In this document: positions 1 through 10,072 of the stretch, one piece after another
Numbering within the stretch: position 1 is the stretch's first letter
Layout: every line of letters starts with the position of its first letter
NCBI GenBank assembly: GCA_054661495.1
Contig: BAAFSQ010000153.1
Coordinates: 1-23,755, forward strand
DNA from: Zygophlyctis sp. KS116
Taxonomy: Eukaryota > Fungi > Chytridiomycota
DNA length: 23,755 bases
Reading direction: 5' to 3'
The notes under the pieces: model-generated
Database searches by the model: none
What the model saw: only the letters and a program-made list of their open reading frames with translations
Told to the model about the DNA's origin: nothing
Made by a program: the position numbers and the translations under genes

Positions 1-78
1 GTTGGAGTTGCTTGTGGAACTCTATTCCCCAATGACTGCCGTGACGAAGCGCATCTTTTAGGATTATTGGATATGTAA
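1..78 (+). CDS. 3' end of a gene entering from the left (partial, unidentified)
   Basis: Frame 1 is open from base 1 (VGVACGTLFPNDCRDEAHLLGLLDM) to TAA at 76-78, followed by an A-rich spacer. No motif recognised. Confidence 0.35.
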   Translation, partial: VGVACGTLFPNDCRDEAHLLGLLDM

Positions 79-118
79 TCAAAAATAATAAAAAAACAAT
101 TAAATACGGTCAAAGAAA

Positions 119-961
119 CTAAATCCTGCTCCTTAAATACTTTTTCCAAAATTTATCAAATCCTGTCTTACTACGTACACGATCATCCTTTTTCAACAAG
201 AACACAATTTCAAAATGTCCTAAATATGCTGCCTTTTTAATAGCCCAATTATCAACATCAGATGGATCAACACGAGAATCACTTAATAATAATTTTACAA
301 TTTCCAAATGCCCATTTCTAGATGCATATAGAATAGGATAATTGGCACAACAGGCTGGATCTATCCTAGAATCTAATAGTAATAATTGTACGATTTCATA
401 ATGTCCATTTTCACATGCAAGTCTAAAGGATAAATTATCATCATCAGATGGATCTACTTTCCATGATAATAATTTACATAGTACAGTCTTGAATCCAAAA
501 TTAGATGCTAAAGCTAATACCTTTTCTATTTCTACTATTTTACGAAATCTCTTATTGACTAGTAATGCATCTAATGCAGATTCCTGATTTTTAATTAAAG
601 TCCGAATAGATTCACAAAAGAATGGGAAATCTATAGTAGACTCTTCAAGGGTAAAGAAATGATATTTAAAGGCTTGATGTCTATCAAAGTCTAGGACACT
701 AGATAAATTAGAACAAGATTCAAAATCTAGAAATTCCATGATGTTCCATAATATTTCTGTTGGGAGTTGATTCAAGAATATTTTTTGTGGCACCTGGAAA
801 TTTACATCTTGCGCCAGACTAGAAATAAAAGTAGAATTAAAATTAGATGATGGCGATAGCTGAGACTCTGCTAATAATGCTCGTTTCTTCCAATAATTAG
901 CCTGATCTTTCCAAAATATGATATCGGCAGAAATCTTGGTTCTTGGTGTTTTCCGTTTCAT
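119..961 (-). CDS. F-box plus ankyrin-repeat protein, intronless (280 aa)
   Basis: F-box-like LNQLPTEILWNIMEFLDFESCSNLS. C-terminal ankyrin repeats of the VDPSxxDNxxxxxAxxNGHxEIVxLLLxDxR type (about 3-4 copies). Confidence 0.85.
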   Translation of the reverse strand: MKRKTPRTKISADIIFWKDQANYWKKRALLAESQLSPSSNFNSTFISSLAQDVNFQVPQKIFLNQLPTEILWNIMEFLDFESCSNLSSVLDFDRHQAFKYHFFTLEESTIDFPFFCESIRTLIKNQESALDALLVNKRFRKIVEIEKVLALASNFGFKTVLCKLLSWKVDPSDDDNLSFRLACENGHYEIVQLLLLDSRIDPACCANYPILYASRNGHLEIVKLLLSDSRVDPSDVDNWAIKKAAYLGHFEIVFLLKKDDRVRSKTGFDKFWKKYLRSRI

Positions 962-979
962 TTTATCCTAGCCCAAACG

Positions 980-1913
980 ATGACGGTCAAGAGTAGTGAG
1001 TCCAAAAGTACAAGTAAACCATCAACGCCATTAGTATTAAATAGTAAAGTCATGTTGGGAGTTGATGAGGCAGGAAGAGGGCCTGTTTTGGGACCAATGG
1101 TTTATGCGGCGGCGTTTGCGCCAATAGACTCGTTGCAACAATTAAAGGATTTGGGCGTTGATGATTCAAAAGTGCTAAAGGAAGAATTTAGGGATAGTCT
1201 ATTTAAGGAATTAAATAATCAGGATTTTATTGGTTGGAAGGCATATGTTTGTTCTCCAAAGGAAATTTCAGAATCGATGCTAAGAAGGTATGATTTACTC
1301 TATAATTTTAGATCAAAGTATAATTTAAATGCATTGGCTCATGATATTACTATACAGGTAATCTATTTTACCAAGTAGAAAGTTGATTAGGGATGTAATT
1401 AGTCAAGGTGTACAAGTTGATCAGATTTATATTGACACGGTCGGACCACCTCAACAGTATCAAGAAATGCTTGAAAAGTTATTTCCACGGATTAAAATTA
1501 AAGTTGCTAAAAAGGCAGATTCATTATATCCAATTGTATCTGCTGCATCGATTGTAGCAAAAGTTACAAGAGATTCAATTTTAAGAGATTGGGAATTTGA
1601 TGAGAAATTAGACAAGGAATTTGAAAGAGATTTTGGTTGTGGTTATCCATCAGACTCAAAAACTGTAAAATGGTTACATAATAATTTTCATCCAGTTTTT
1701 GGATTTCCAAATTTAATTAGATTTAGTTGGTCTACAGCTGAAAAAATTATGACTGATAAGGGTGTCTCTGTAAAATGGGCTCAAGAAGCTGATCAGGAAA
1801 ATGATTCTAAAGATATTCGTGGTTTTTTTACTAATCTAAATCATACTAGAGATCCCATATATTCACAATTGGGTCTAGAATCAGTTAAATCTTTAAATAA
1901 ATTTAAAAATTAA
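980..1913 (+). CDS. RNH201: Ribonuclease H2 catalytic subunit A (spliced)
   Basis: Motifs GVDEAGRGPVLGPMVY, DDSK, YIDTVG, KADSLYPIVSAASIVAKVTRD, GYPSD, RFSWST. Introns 1288-1311 (24 nt) and 1358-1382 (25 nt) give MLRRSKYNLNALAHDITIQLIRDV. Confidence 0.95.
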
Positions 1914-1917
1914 CTGC

Positions 1918-2556
1918 TTATTGTATTCCAATCATTTGATGACATGAAATAATATTTTGTATAGATTTTTTAGATCTTGAATTTTGTATACTTTGAACTG
2001 GTACTACCTGATTATGATCATAATTCTGATCTTGACCATAATTATTACTTGGCCTTGAAAAGTATTGTTTTAATAAAATTAACCAGTTCCCATACTCTCC
2101 TTCAGTCACATGTAATGTATATCCAATAGACTGTAGAAATTCCTTCTTCATTCTACAACATTCAGACACTGATACGCCAGAGATCTGATTCCAAGAGTGA
2201 GTATTAAATGCATTATCATTTAGAAAAGTATCAGCCAACCTTGATTTAATCATGAAATATTACATTAATGCAGTCAACCAAATTCTAAATTCACATCTAT
2301 AACCAAGAGGAATTTGTGATTTTGTACAGTCTTTTAACCGCTTGACATAGAGAAGCGATGTGAGTATTACAGATGGAGATACATTTGGGGATGCTGAAGA
2401 TATAATGTTTGACACAAACGAAATGAAATCAGACAAGACTAGATCAGATGGACTTGATCTACTCCAAATCTTAAATACTAACTTTGCGACTAATTCGGCA
2501 AGCTCAAGATGACATGTGGTCTGAGAAAATGTATTCAATTGACATTTATCAATCAT
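1918..2556 (-). CDS. Pho85-type (Pcl/Pho80/Clg1-like) cyclin (spliced)
   Basis: Cyclin-box text ILTSLLYVKRLK...RIWLTALMLADTFLNDNAFNTHSW..ISG...MKKEFLQSIGYTLHV after removing intron 2240-2263 (24 nt, GT..AAG). Confidence 0.85.
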
Positions 2557-2756
2557 GGATTATAATAACTGATGGAGAGGACTGATCAGACTCACTTGGC
2601 GCCAGCTTTGACCCGTGTCCAAACTTCAAATTTGCGCTTAAAAACACCAATTTTCACCTTTTTTAATCAGTCAAATCAATCTCCTGTCAAAAATGACTCA
2701 TTTTTCACTTTTAAAGCCAGCCAAAATTGTCGTGTTTGACAAGCCAACCAGACAAA
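2557..2756 (-). promoter_or_regulatory. Putative promoter of the cyclin gene with clustered motifs
   Basis: One of the longest intergenic gaps (200 nt). Contains TGACTCA at 2694-2700, four TTTGAC/GTCAAA copies (2607, 2670, 2686, 2734) and TTGGCGCC near 2596. Confidence 0.3.
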
Positions 2757-4894
2757 TTATTGAAAACGCTTGTGTCCTGTGGCAGTTCCATTCATGGGCA
2801 GCTTGGTGAGGCGTGCAGACCTTCGTGGCGTTGCAAGCGGTCTAATAGACTCTCGGCGTTTGTTAAATGTAGGAATCATGGATTCTCTACGGGCCTTGAG
2901 TTTCTTTATGACAGGAGACTCCAACTTTGTATTTAGGCGCTTGAGAGTAGGAGTCTGAGAGTCTAAAATTGGGAATTTAGAGGCTTTAATAGTCCCAGTT
3001 TCTAGAGTTTTATCTGGTTTAATAGGAGTGTAGAATACATCAGACTCTACATTCTCATCATTCTGATCTCTAAAGTGAGATTCTTGATCTGATTCATCGG
3101 TACATGTATCATAGAGAATTTTTGCATCAATAGTCTCTTGTTGCAATCCGATTTGATCTATAATTCCATCAAATGATTTAGATTTAATCATGTCTGTTAT
3201 TATTCCTGCTAATTTCTGAGACTGAGATTCCAAAATACGACACTGATATTCTTTAGTCTCAAATTGTACTAGCAGTGATCCAAGTCTTTCTTCCTTTTCC
3301 AAATATTCACAATTAGAGACAAGATTGGTCTTGGATTTTTTTAAATAATTTGTAATCAGGCCTTTGTATCGTTCAATTGCAACTAAAAGTTCAGACTGGT
3401 TATGTCGAAGTGCCACATTTTGGTCATGAAGACTTTGAGTCTCTTTAGATAAAGCATTCAAGTGTTCCAATTTCCATTCATTCCATTGAACTTTAGAAAT
3501 TACATTCAATCTTTCAAGTTCTTTTGACTTGATTTTTCCTTGCAGGCTATGGATTTTTCCTAAAATATAATTTCCTTCTTCTGAAAGTCCGATTTTACTA
3601 GATGCTTCTTTTAGCTTTTCAATCTCTTCTTGTAATTGAGCTACAATCATTGGATATTGCGATATGTGATAGTCTATATCAATTTGATTCTTTTCTAGGC
3701 TAATTCGAATATTCTTTGCTCGATTAGCGTACTTTAGAGTATTATGAGTCTCTTCAGAATGAATTAATGCTAATCATAAACTGAAAATAAGTACCAGGTG
3801 AAATATTAGCAATCATGACTACTTGACAATTTCCTCCAAGTGAATGTTTTAATAATCGAGTCAATTTTGAATCCCTATAAGGTATATGAGCCTTTCTCCC
3901 TTCTGAAAGCGCATTTATACAATTTCCTAGAGCCAGTAAAGATCTATAATTTATTTGAATTATACTTACCTATTTATATTAGCACCTTCAATTAGTCTAT
4001 CTCCTGTATTCTTTGTTGCTGAGGCTCTCTAATGTTAGTAAAGTTGTATAAATTACTTCACTTCCTGCTAAATCTATTATACTTAGTATTGCATCTGTCC
4101 ATATCGCTGAAATACCCTGAGTTTTGTTCCTTTGTCTAATTCGGACCTGTAAAACTGCATGAGATCTAGAACTGACTGAATTTGATTCTGTATGAGCTCT
4201 TGTCCTATGTTCATTTCCCTTTACAAGCATTGCAAGTATCTCATCTGCAGAAGAAGGTGAATGCTTTGATAATCCAGAAACAATAATATGTGTGTCATCT
4301 TCACGTAAATCTAAACATGCATCTGTCTCTGGATCCAACAAATCTCTAATCATTTCATTATAAACTTCAAGATATGATAAAGAAACATCAAAAACCTTTT
4401 GATGCTTATTGTCTTCAATCTTTGAATAGAGATCTTTCATTGTCCGATAAATTATTCCCGGATCTTGCTCATTCCCAACAATAGTGTGCGTTTTTCCACA
4501 ACCAGTCGCACCATAAGCAAATAAAGTTGCATTATACCCATCTAATACTGTATCTATCAATGGGAGAGCTGTTTTTTCATAAACTTCGGACTGAGTTGCT
4601 CTTTCAGCAAAGACTTTATCGAACGCGTACTTGATTTCCTTCTTTCGCCTTGTTGAATACATTGGTTTTTTAGAATCTAGCTTTCCGGGGTCTAAATGTT
4701 TATACGTTTAACTTACCAAAGAAAATAATATTATCATGAATTACACTAGTAGTTCTAGAGTTATCCTTTGTAAAGACTTTTGATTCAACTTCAGAGCTGA
4801 AAGCGCTAGACTTTTTTTCTTGGCAATTCATAGATTCTTTGACTGATAGCGGTCGAATGCGAACATAGACATTGAGATGACTTTTCGCCGACAT
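2757..4894 (-). CDS. KIP3: Kinesin-8 family motor (Kip3/Klp5-like), spliced
   Basis: Motifs [97 protein letters not shown], then a coiled coil. Introns 4692-4716 (25), 4029-4056 (28, has TACTAAC), 3944-3969 (26), 3770-3794 (25). Confidence 0.93.
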
Positions 4895-5062
4895 TTCGGA
4901 ATGAATTATTATGATCAATGCAATTGCTTAATATTCTCAAAAAACATGCGCATCGCATCATGATGAATAAAATCCCAAGTGTATTAAATAGAATCAAATC
5001 CTAAACTTTGAAATCATTCAACTTTCAATTTTTAAATGGATGGGCTAGTGAAATCAAATAGA

Positions 5063-6065
5063 TCAAGTCATTTTCAAGTATTCAAGAAACTTTATCAATG
5101 CTTCATTTCCTCCCAAACGTTCTATTTCTTCCCTTGCTTCTTTTTCCAATTCTATGATTTTTGATCTTGTATATTCAAAACTATTGCTCGCTTCTAAAAC
5201 TCTTATAGCGTGTTTTTTAAGAGATACATCTTCAGTCCTTTGCCGTAATATATCTATATTTAGATAAACCAACTTACTTAGTATTTGATGATCATCATTA
5301 TTAGATCTAATGCAATGAATAATTGGAAATGAAAACTTTCCTTCAGTTAGATCTTCTGCAAATCCTTTATTTTCTTCATACTAGAGAATCATGATGACAT
5401 ATTTACCTTTCCAGACATTAAATTCATAAAATCATCCCTAATTTGAAAGTGAGCACCCAATAAATCAACTAATTTTGAATAATCTTGATCATTTTTTGTC
5501 TCTGAACATAATTGCATCATTTTTACAGCAAGCCTTAATAATCCACCAGTTTCTAATAAATTAGAATTGAATATTATTGCTCGCTAGATCTCTTTTACTA
5601 GTAAAAAAGATGATACAGAGCCCAAATAGTAACCTTACTATTCTTAACCATTTGAATATATTCTTCTTCAGTCGGACAAATACCAGCATCTCTCCAATAA
5701 ATTTCCATTCCCTGTCCTCGATGCAATTGCAACATTTCCTCAGTAAAAACATGAATCGCTTGAGAATCAGCAAGTGCCACCAACTTTTCGAGCGCTAAAA
5801 AGTACACATAATTCGCACAATTAATTGTTGCAGGAATTCCATAGATTTTATGAGCCACAGGTTTTGATCGTCTTAGACTTGAATTATCCTCGACATCATC
5901 AATCATCAAGGAAGCCGAATGCAACATTTTAATAATCTCAATGATTTCTTCTCTTTTATTTCCTGCAAGAGGAATCCAAGTCTCAAATGCTAAAATTAGT
6001 GTCGTTCTAATTTCTTTTCCTGGATTGGACAATAAGTACTTGTAAGGCTCCAATAAAACTTGCAT
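5063..6065 (-). CDS. BTS1: Geranylgeranyl pyrophosphate synthase (type III), spliced
   Basis: Motifs [77 protein letters not shown]. Introns 5553-5638 (86), 5381-5406 (26), 5254-5277 (24). Confidence 0.95.
5575..5628 (-). other. Stem-loop inside the oversized 86-nt GGPPS intron
   Basis: Perfect 14-bp palindrome TTTTACTAGTAAAA at 5593-5606, extending to ATCTTTTTTA/TAAAAGAGAT. An outer GCTC/GAGC stem (5618-5621 with 5579-5582) closes an internal loop. Confidence 0.55.
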
Positions 6066-6092
6066 TTCTCAACAAAATTTTAAACAGTGCAA

Positions 6093-7353
6093 TTAGTCAT
6101 CATCTGATGATTCAACAAAAACACTTTCAGCCTTTCTCTTTCGTGAATCATTTCCATGAGAATAGAATGCAAATTGCAATTGAGACTTAAACCATTCCAA
6201 AAATGATTTTGAAAGACTAATAGGAATCGCAGGAACATTTTCTGTATCTCCAGATTTCCTAATCCAACAAACTTCAAATGACATTTTAGCACCAGAAGCA
6301 AATTTCTTTAAATACAATCGTATTGCTTTTAAAACGCGATGATGATATTCCATATCAGATAAAATATCATTAACCATTTCTTGTCCAAATTCTCGAGCAA
6401 CTAAATCCATCCAAGAAATTAAACTTTCATCCTTCTTATCTTGATATTGTGCATCAAGAATGTAATCTAAAGGTTTATCAACTTTAACTCCTACCTAGCC
6501 ATTCGTCAAATTCATCAATTAATGGTTTTGGGATTGCAGGAACTGATTTAGATCCTTCGTCCACTTTACAATCTAAAATTAAATCTCTTTCCACTCTTTC
6601 TACTAAAAAGTCATTAATTATTCCTTCTTCAATAATGATGACAGTTTTTTTAGGTAAAAACGCAAGAGTTCCCTTTGGTCTATTTTCCTTGACAACGCTT
6701 CTCCAAGAAAACAATTCTACATTTTTTAAACATGACAACTTGTCTAATTTTGGCTTTATTTTCTCCAAATTTTCCTTTGGTGAGTCTGTATTATTTGAAT
6801 TTGTGTTATTTGGAATATTAGTAATATTTGTAATATAGTAGGCAGGATTTTTGGGTTTTGGAGATACTTTAATTTTTTGGTTGGGGGGATCAGCCATTGT
6901 TGTAGAAAGTTTAAGTTTAGGAGATCCAGAGTCATTGGCAGCCGTTGATATAGATTTTTTGAATTTTAGTTTTTGATTTCCTTGAGGAATATGACAAGAA
7001 CAAGATCTAGAGCATAAAATACATTTCCCTTCAATGAGCAATTCCTGATTTAAATTATTAATTTTAGCAAAAGTTTCTTGAAATTCAAAGATTTTAGACT
7101 TTAAATTTTGAATTTCCCTCTTGAAATTGATGTCCGAAGAGATTTTAGATTTTTTCAATTCTGCAATTTTAGACTCTAATTTTGCATTGATGTCCAGCGC
7201 TTCGATAAGTGATTCTTGAACATTGTCTAATTTCATTAAAGTATTGTCGCCTTCTTTTATACAATTTAATTCATATTGCAACTTGTAATTTTCTTCCTGG
7301 GCAGACATGAGGGAATTTACAGCTTCAAAGTATTTCTCTTGAAAGTTTGTCAT
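6093..7353 (-). CDS. Hypothetical protein: N-terminal coiled coil, small Cys cluster, two copies of a ~75-80 aa C-terminal domain (spliced)
   Basis: ORFs 6484-7353 and 6093-6410 join in frame through intron 6467-6494 (28 nt, GT..TAG). Repeats read LFSW...VPAIP...EFDEWL and LISW...VPAIP...SFLEWF. Confidence 0.75.
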
Positions 7354-7420
7354 TTCTGTAGTTTGAACGCTTGGGCGATGGGTTGACTTAACTCACTATT
7401 ATAATGTAAAATTCTAAACT

Positions 7421-9228
7421 TTATTCATCAGCCATGTCAGACTCTTGAACAAAATTCCCAGTTTCAGAATCATCATCAGTCTCTGATCCAAAATCATTCT
7501 CAGACTCCAAATCATTATCGATATGTTCAGATGAGCCTTCAGAGATCACATCAAGAGTTTCATCAAATTCAATCATGGGTTCTTGGTTTTGGTTAGATTC
7601 TATTGTTCCGTGAACTAAAATACCATCCAGTCTTCCAGATAACTTGAGTAAAGATTCAAAATTAGAAATTCTAGACTCTAAAACATTATATAGTTGGGCA
7701 AGTTCTGAAGAGACTTGATCAAGTGATAATAGATAAGAAGAATGGATTACTAAACAACTTCTAATCCATTCAATCAAATAAAGACTATCATTAGGCTTAT
7801 TTTGACATCTTCCAATAACAATTTTTAGTAATGGTAGTATTACACTAGGTTCAAGTCTAGAAACAGTAGATGAAATCATTTTACGATCACGAACTCGTAA
7901 ACACCTATCTAAAAGTTCCTTATCTAAAGATGTTATTGCTTGAGATAAAAGTTGATGCATAGAAGTCACAGAGTTTAGAGATCTTAATGGCTTGGAAGGT
8001 TCAGGTTGTATAGCTAAAAGATTTAATTTCTCTTCCATTGTCAAGTCTCCAAATACTTTTGGTGCAGAAGTCATTTGATTTGATCCAGATTGTATTTTTA
8101 AAGAGGAAGTGTCCATAACCTAGATAGTTTTTAAAATAATTTTAATTACTTTAGATCCTACAATTTCATTTTCTTGTTTCATTAACAGCCCTTTAGTTGC
8201 ATCCCTTTTCAGGATTTGAGATTCAATTTCTCCATTTTGATTTTTGTAATCGATAAACTCAAAAATGGGTTTTAAAAGAGAATTTCTAACAATTAGAACC
8301 TTGTGATCTGCAAAAGACGCTGCAAAAATTGGAATTTCACTTGATTCAGAGTCCAAAATCTTTATATTCCCTATTGAAGGAGAGCAGGTTTGTCTAGACT
8401 TTTTCTTTTTAGAAACTCCTGTAGTTTTAATCTTGGATGGAGTCTCCCAGAAACTTAAAACTCCAAATTCATCTATTCCCAGTATTTGATCAGTCTCTGA
8501 AATTTCCAAACTCTTAATTTCAGAATCCAATGTAAGTAAATTATAGCAATTTTTCTTTGAAGCATCTTTTAAATCCCAAACACTTATTGATCGTTCTCCT
8601 TTTGCTAAAGAGAGGCAGAAACGATCATCATGAGAAATGACCAGATCTACAACTTCTGTAGAATGAGCATTAAAAGACTGTTCCAATGTAAATGTTTCTG
8701 TAGAATAAATATGAATATTTGATCCTGCAAGGGCCAATTTAGACTCTGAATGATTTAGTGCAAGTTTAACAATCTTAAAATCAAGGTCAAGTTGTCGTTT
8801 TACGAGTCCCGAGTTCAATTCCCACTCAATGACAGTATTTTCAGAGCAAGAAAATAGTCCCTTTTTTGAAAAAATTACATCTGTAATCATTGATGAATGC
8901 TTTTTCAGAGATTTAATGATTTTTTGCTGCGATAGAGAAAATATTTGTATTTCACCATTGCTCAGTCCCAATGCAATAGTATCAGATGATCCATTCCAAC
9001 AATGACTAGTTAGGGTTATACCAGGTTCACCGGTAAAAGAAGTAATTAAACTGCCCGATGCAGCCTCCCAGATTCTTAAATGAAAAGACTCTAAATTCAG
9101 GGATGCATTGGCAAAGTATGCTTTTGTAGGAGAGAAAGAGATCATTTCTAAATTGAAATTTTTTATGAAAAATTCTACAACCGCCACTTACGCCCCTCCC
9201 AGTAGTCTCCCAAACTAACAATGGACAT
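7421..9228 (-). CDS. UTP5: WD40 plus Utp12-domain small-subunit processome protein (UTP5/WDR43), spliced; start uncertain
   Basis: WD40 repeats, then the Utp12-type domain LLSQAITSLDKELLDRCL...ISSTVSRL...WIRSCLVIHSSYL...LLKLSGRLD, then an acidic tail. Intron 8120-8149 (30 nt). The start is either ATG 9145, or ATG 9228 with a putative 44-nt intron at 9148-9191. Confidence 0.85.
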
Positions 9229-9242
9229 GCATCATTCAAAAA

Positions 9243-9969
9243 ATGAATTCTTCAATTTTGGCATTGGTTTTCACTTCATTATTACTGATCTCTGAAGCTA
9301 CAGCTCACAAAATTCAACCACAGGACGCCATAAAATCTGCCAAATCTGGAAAATCAACCGTTGTTGAATATTCAGATTGTTATTGGGTTGTATCTGCCTG
9401 GAAGGCCATGGGTAAATCAAGTAAACGAGGCTCCTCAAAGCCCATGGCGTGCTGTTCTATGACTGGTGTTACCTGTTCGGACATTGCAGTAATCGGCGTA
9501 AATTGGAACAGCCAAGGTCTTACTGGATCTATTCCGAAAGTTCTTGCAAAAATACAAGGAATGGTTAATATGTAAGAGGATTGGTTAATAATAATATAGC
9601 TCGCTAAATGGGAACCAATTATCTGAGAGCATTCCTACAGAACTTGGAACTTTGACAAAATTACGAAATCTGTAAGCCTTTTAAAGATCTTAATTAAAGT
9701 GATCTATCCAAAAATCGGTTATCTGGGCCAATTCCTTCATCTTTTGCAAATTTGACAAACTTAAACGTTCTGTAATTTTTTAGAATCTAATTTTTAGTTC
9801 TTTATACAACAATTTGTATCTCAATGGATCTTACAAACCAATATGTCGAATGTCAGTGTAATAATTGGTATAATGATAATTTAGATTTGTCCAGAATACA
9901 TCTGTGGTGCTTGAAAGACCAGATGAATTGCGTTGCATAATTGTGCTTACCCCAGAATACTGGAACTAA
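9243..9969 (+). CDS. Small secreted plant-like leucine-rich-repeat protein (spliced)
   Basis: Signal peptide MNSSILALVFTSLLLISEATA. Cys-containing N-cap (DC...W...CC...GVTC). LRRs LxGxIPxxLxxLxxLxxLxLxxNxL. Introns 9572-9599 (28), 9672-9699 (28), 9772-9797 (26), 9858-9884 (27). TAA at 9967-9969; the last exon is less certain. Confidence 0.8.
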
Positions 9970-10072
9970 TCTAGTAATTTAATAGAATATTCGAATTTTG
10001 GTTTCTAATTAAAGCTATTAGAGTCCATGTCCATTGTAACGGACGGTGTGTAGTTAAGTCCGATCTTTCGTA

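Noticed and set aside
2727-2958. Plus-strand ORFs 2727-2936 and 2770-2958
   Set aside because: Antisense shadows of the kinesin tail with non-ATG starts and no motifs.
5553-5638. Recursive splicing, stwintron or hidden microexon in the 86-nt intron; also a SECIS or METTL16 (UACAGAG) element
   Set aside because: There is no internal AG-GT site and the protein needs no extra residues (KNKTGG). The TACAGAG is on the antisense strand and there is no AUGA/GA SECIS core on the sense strand.
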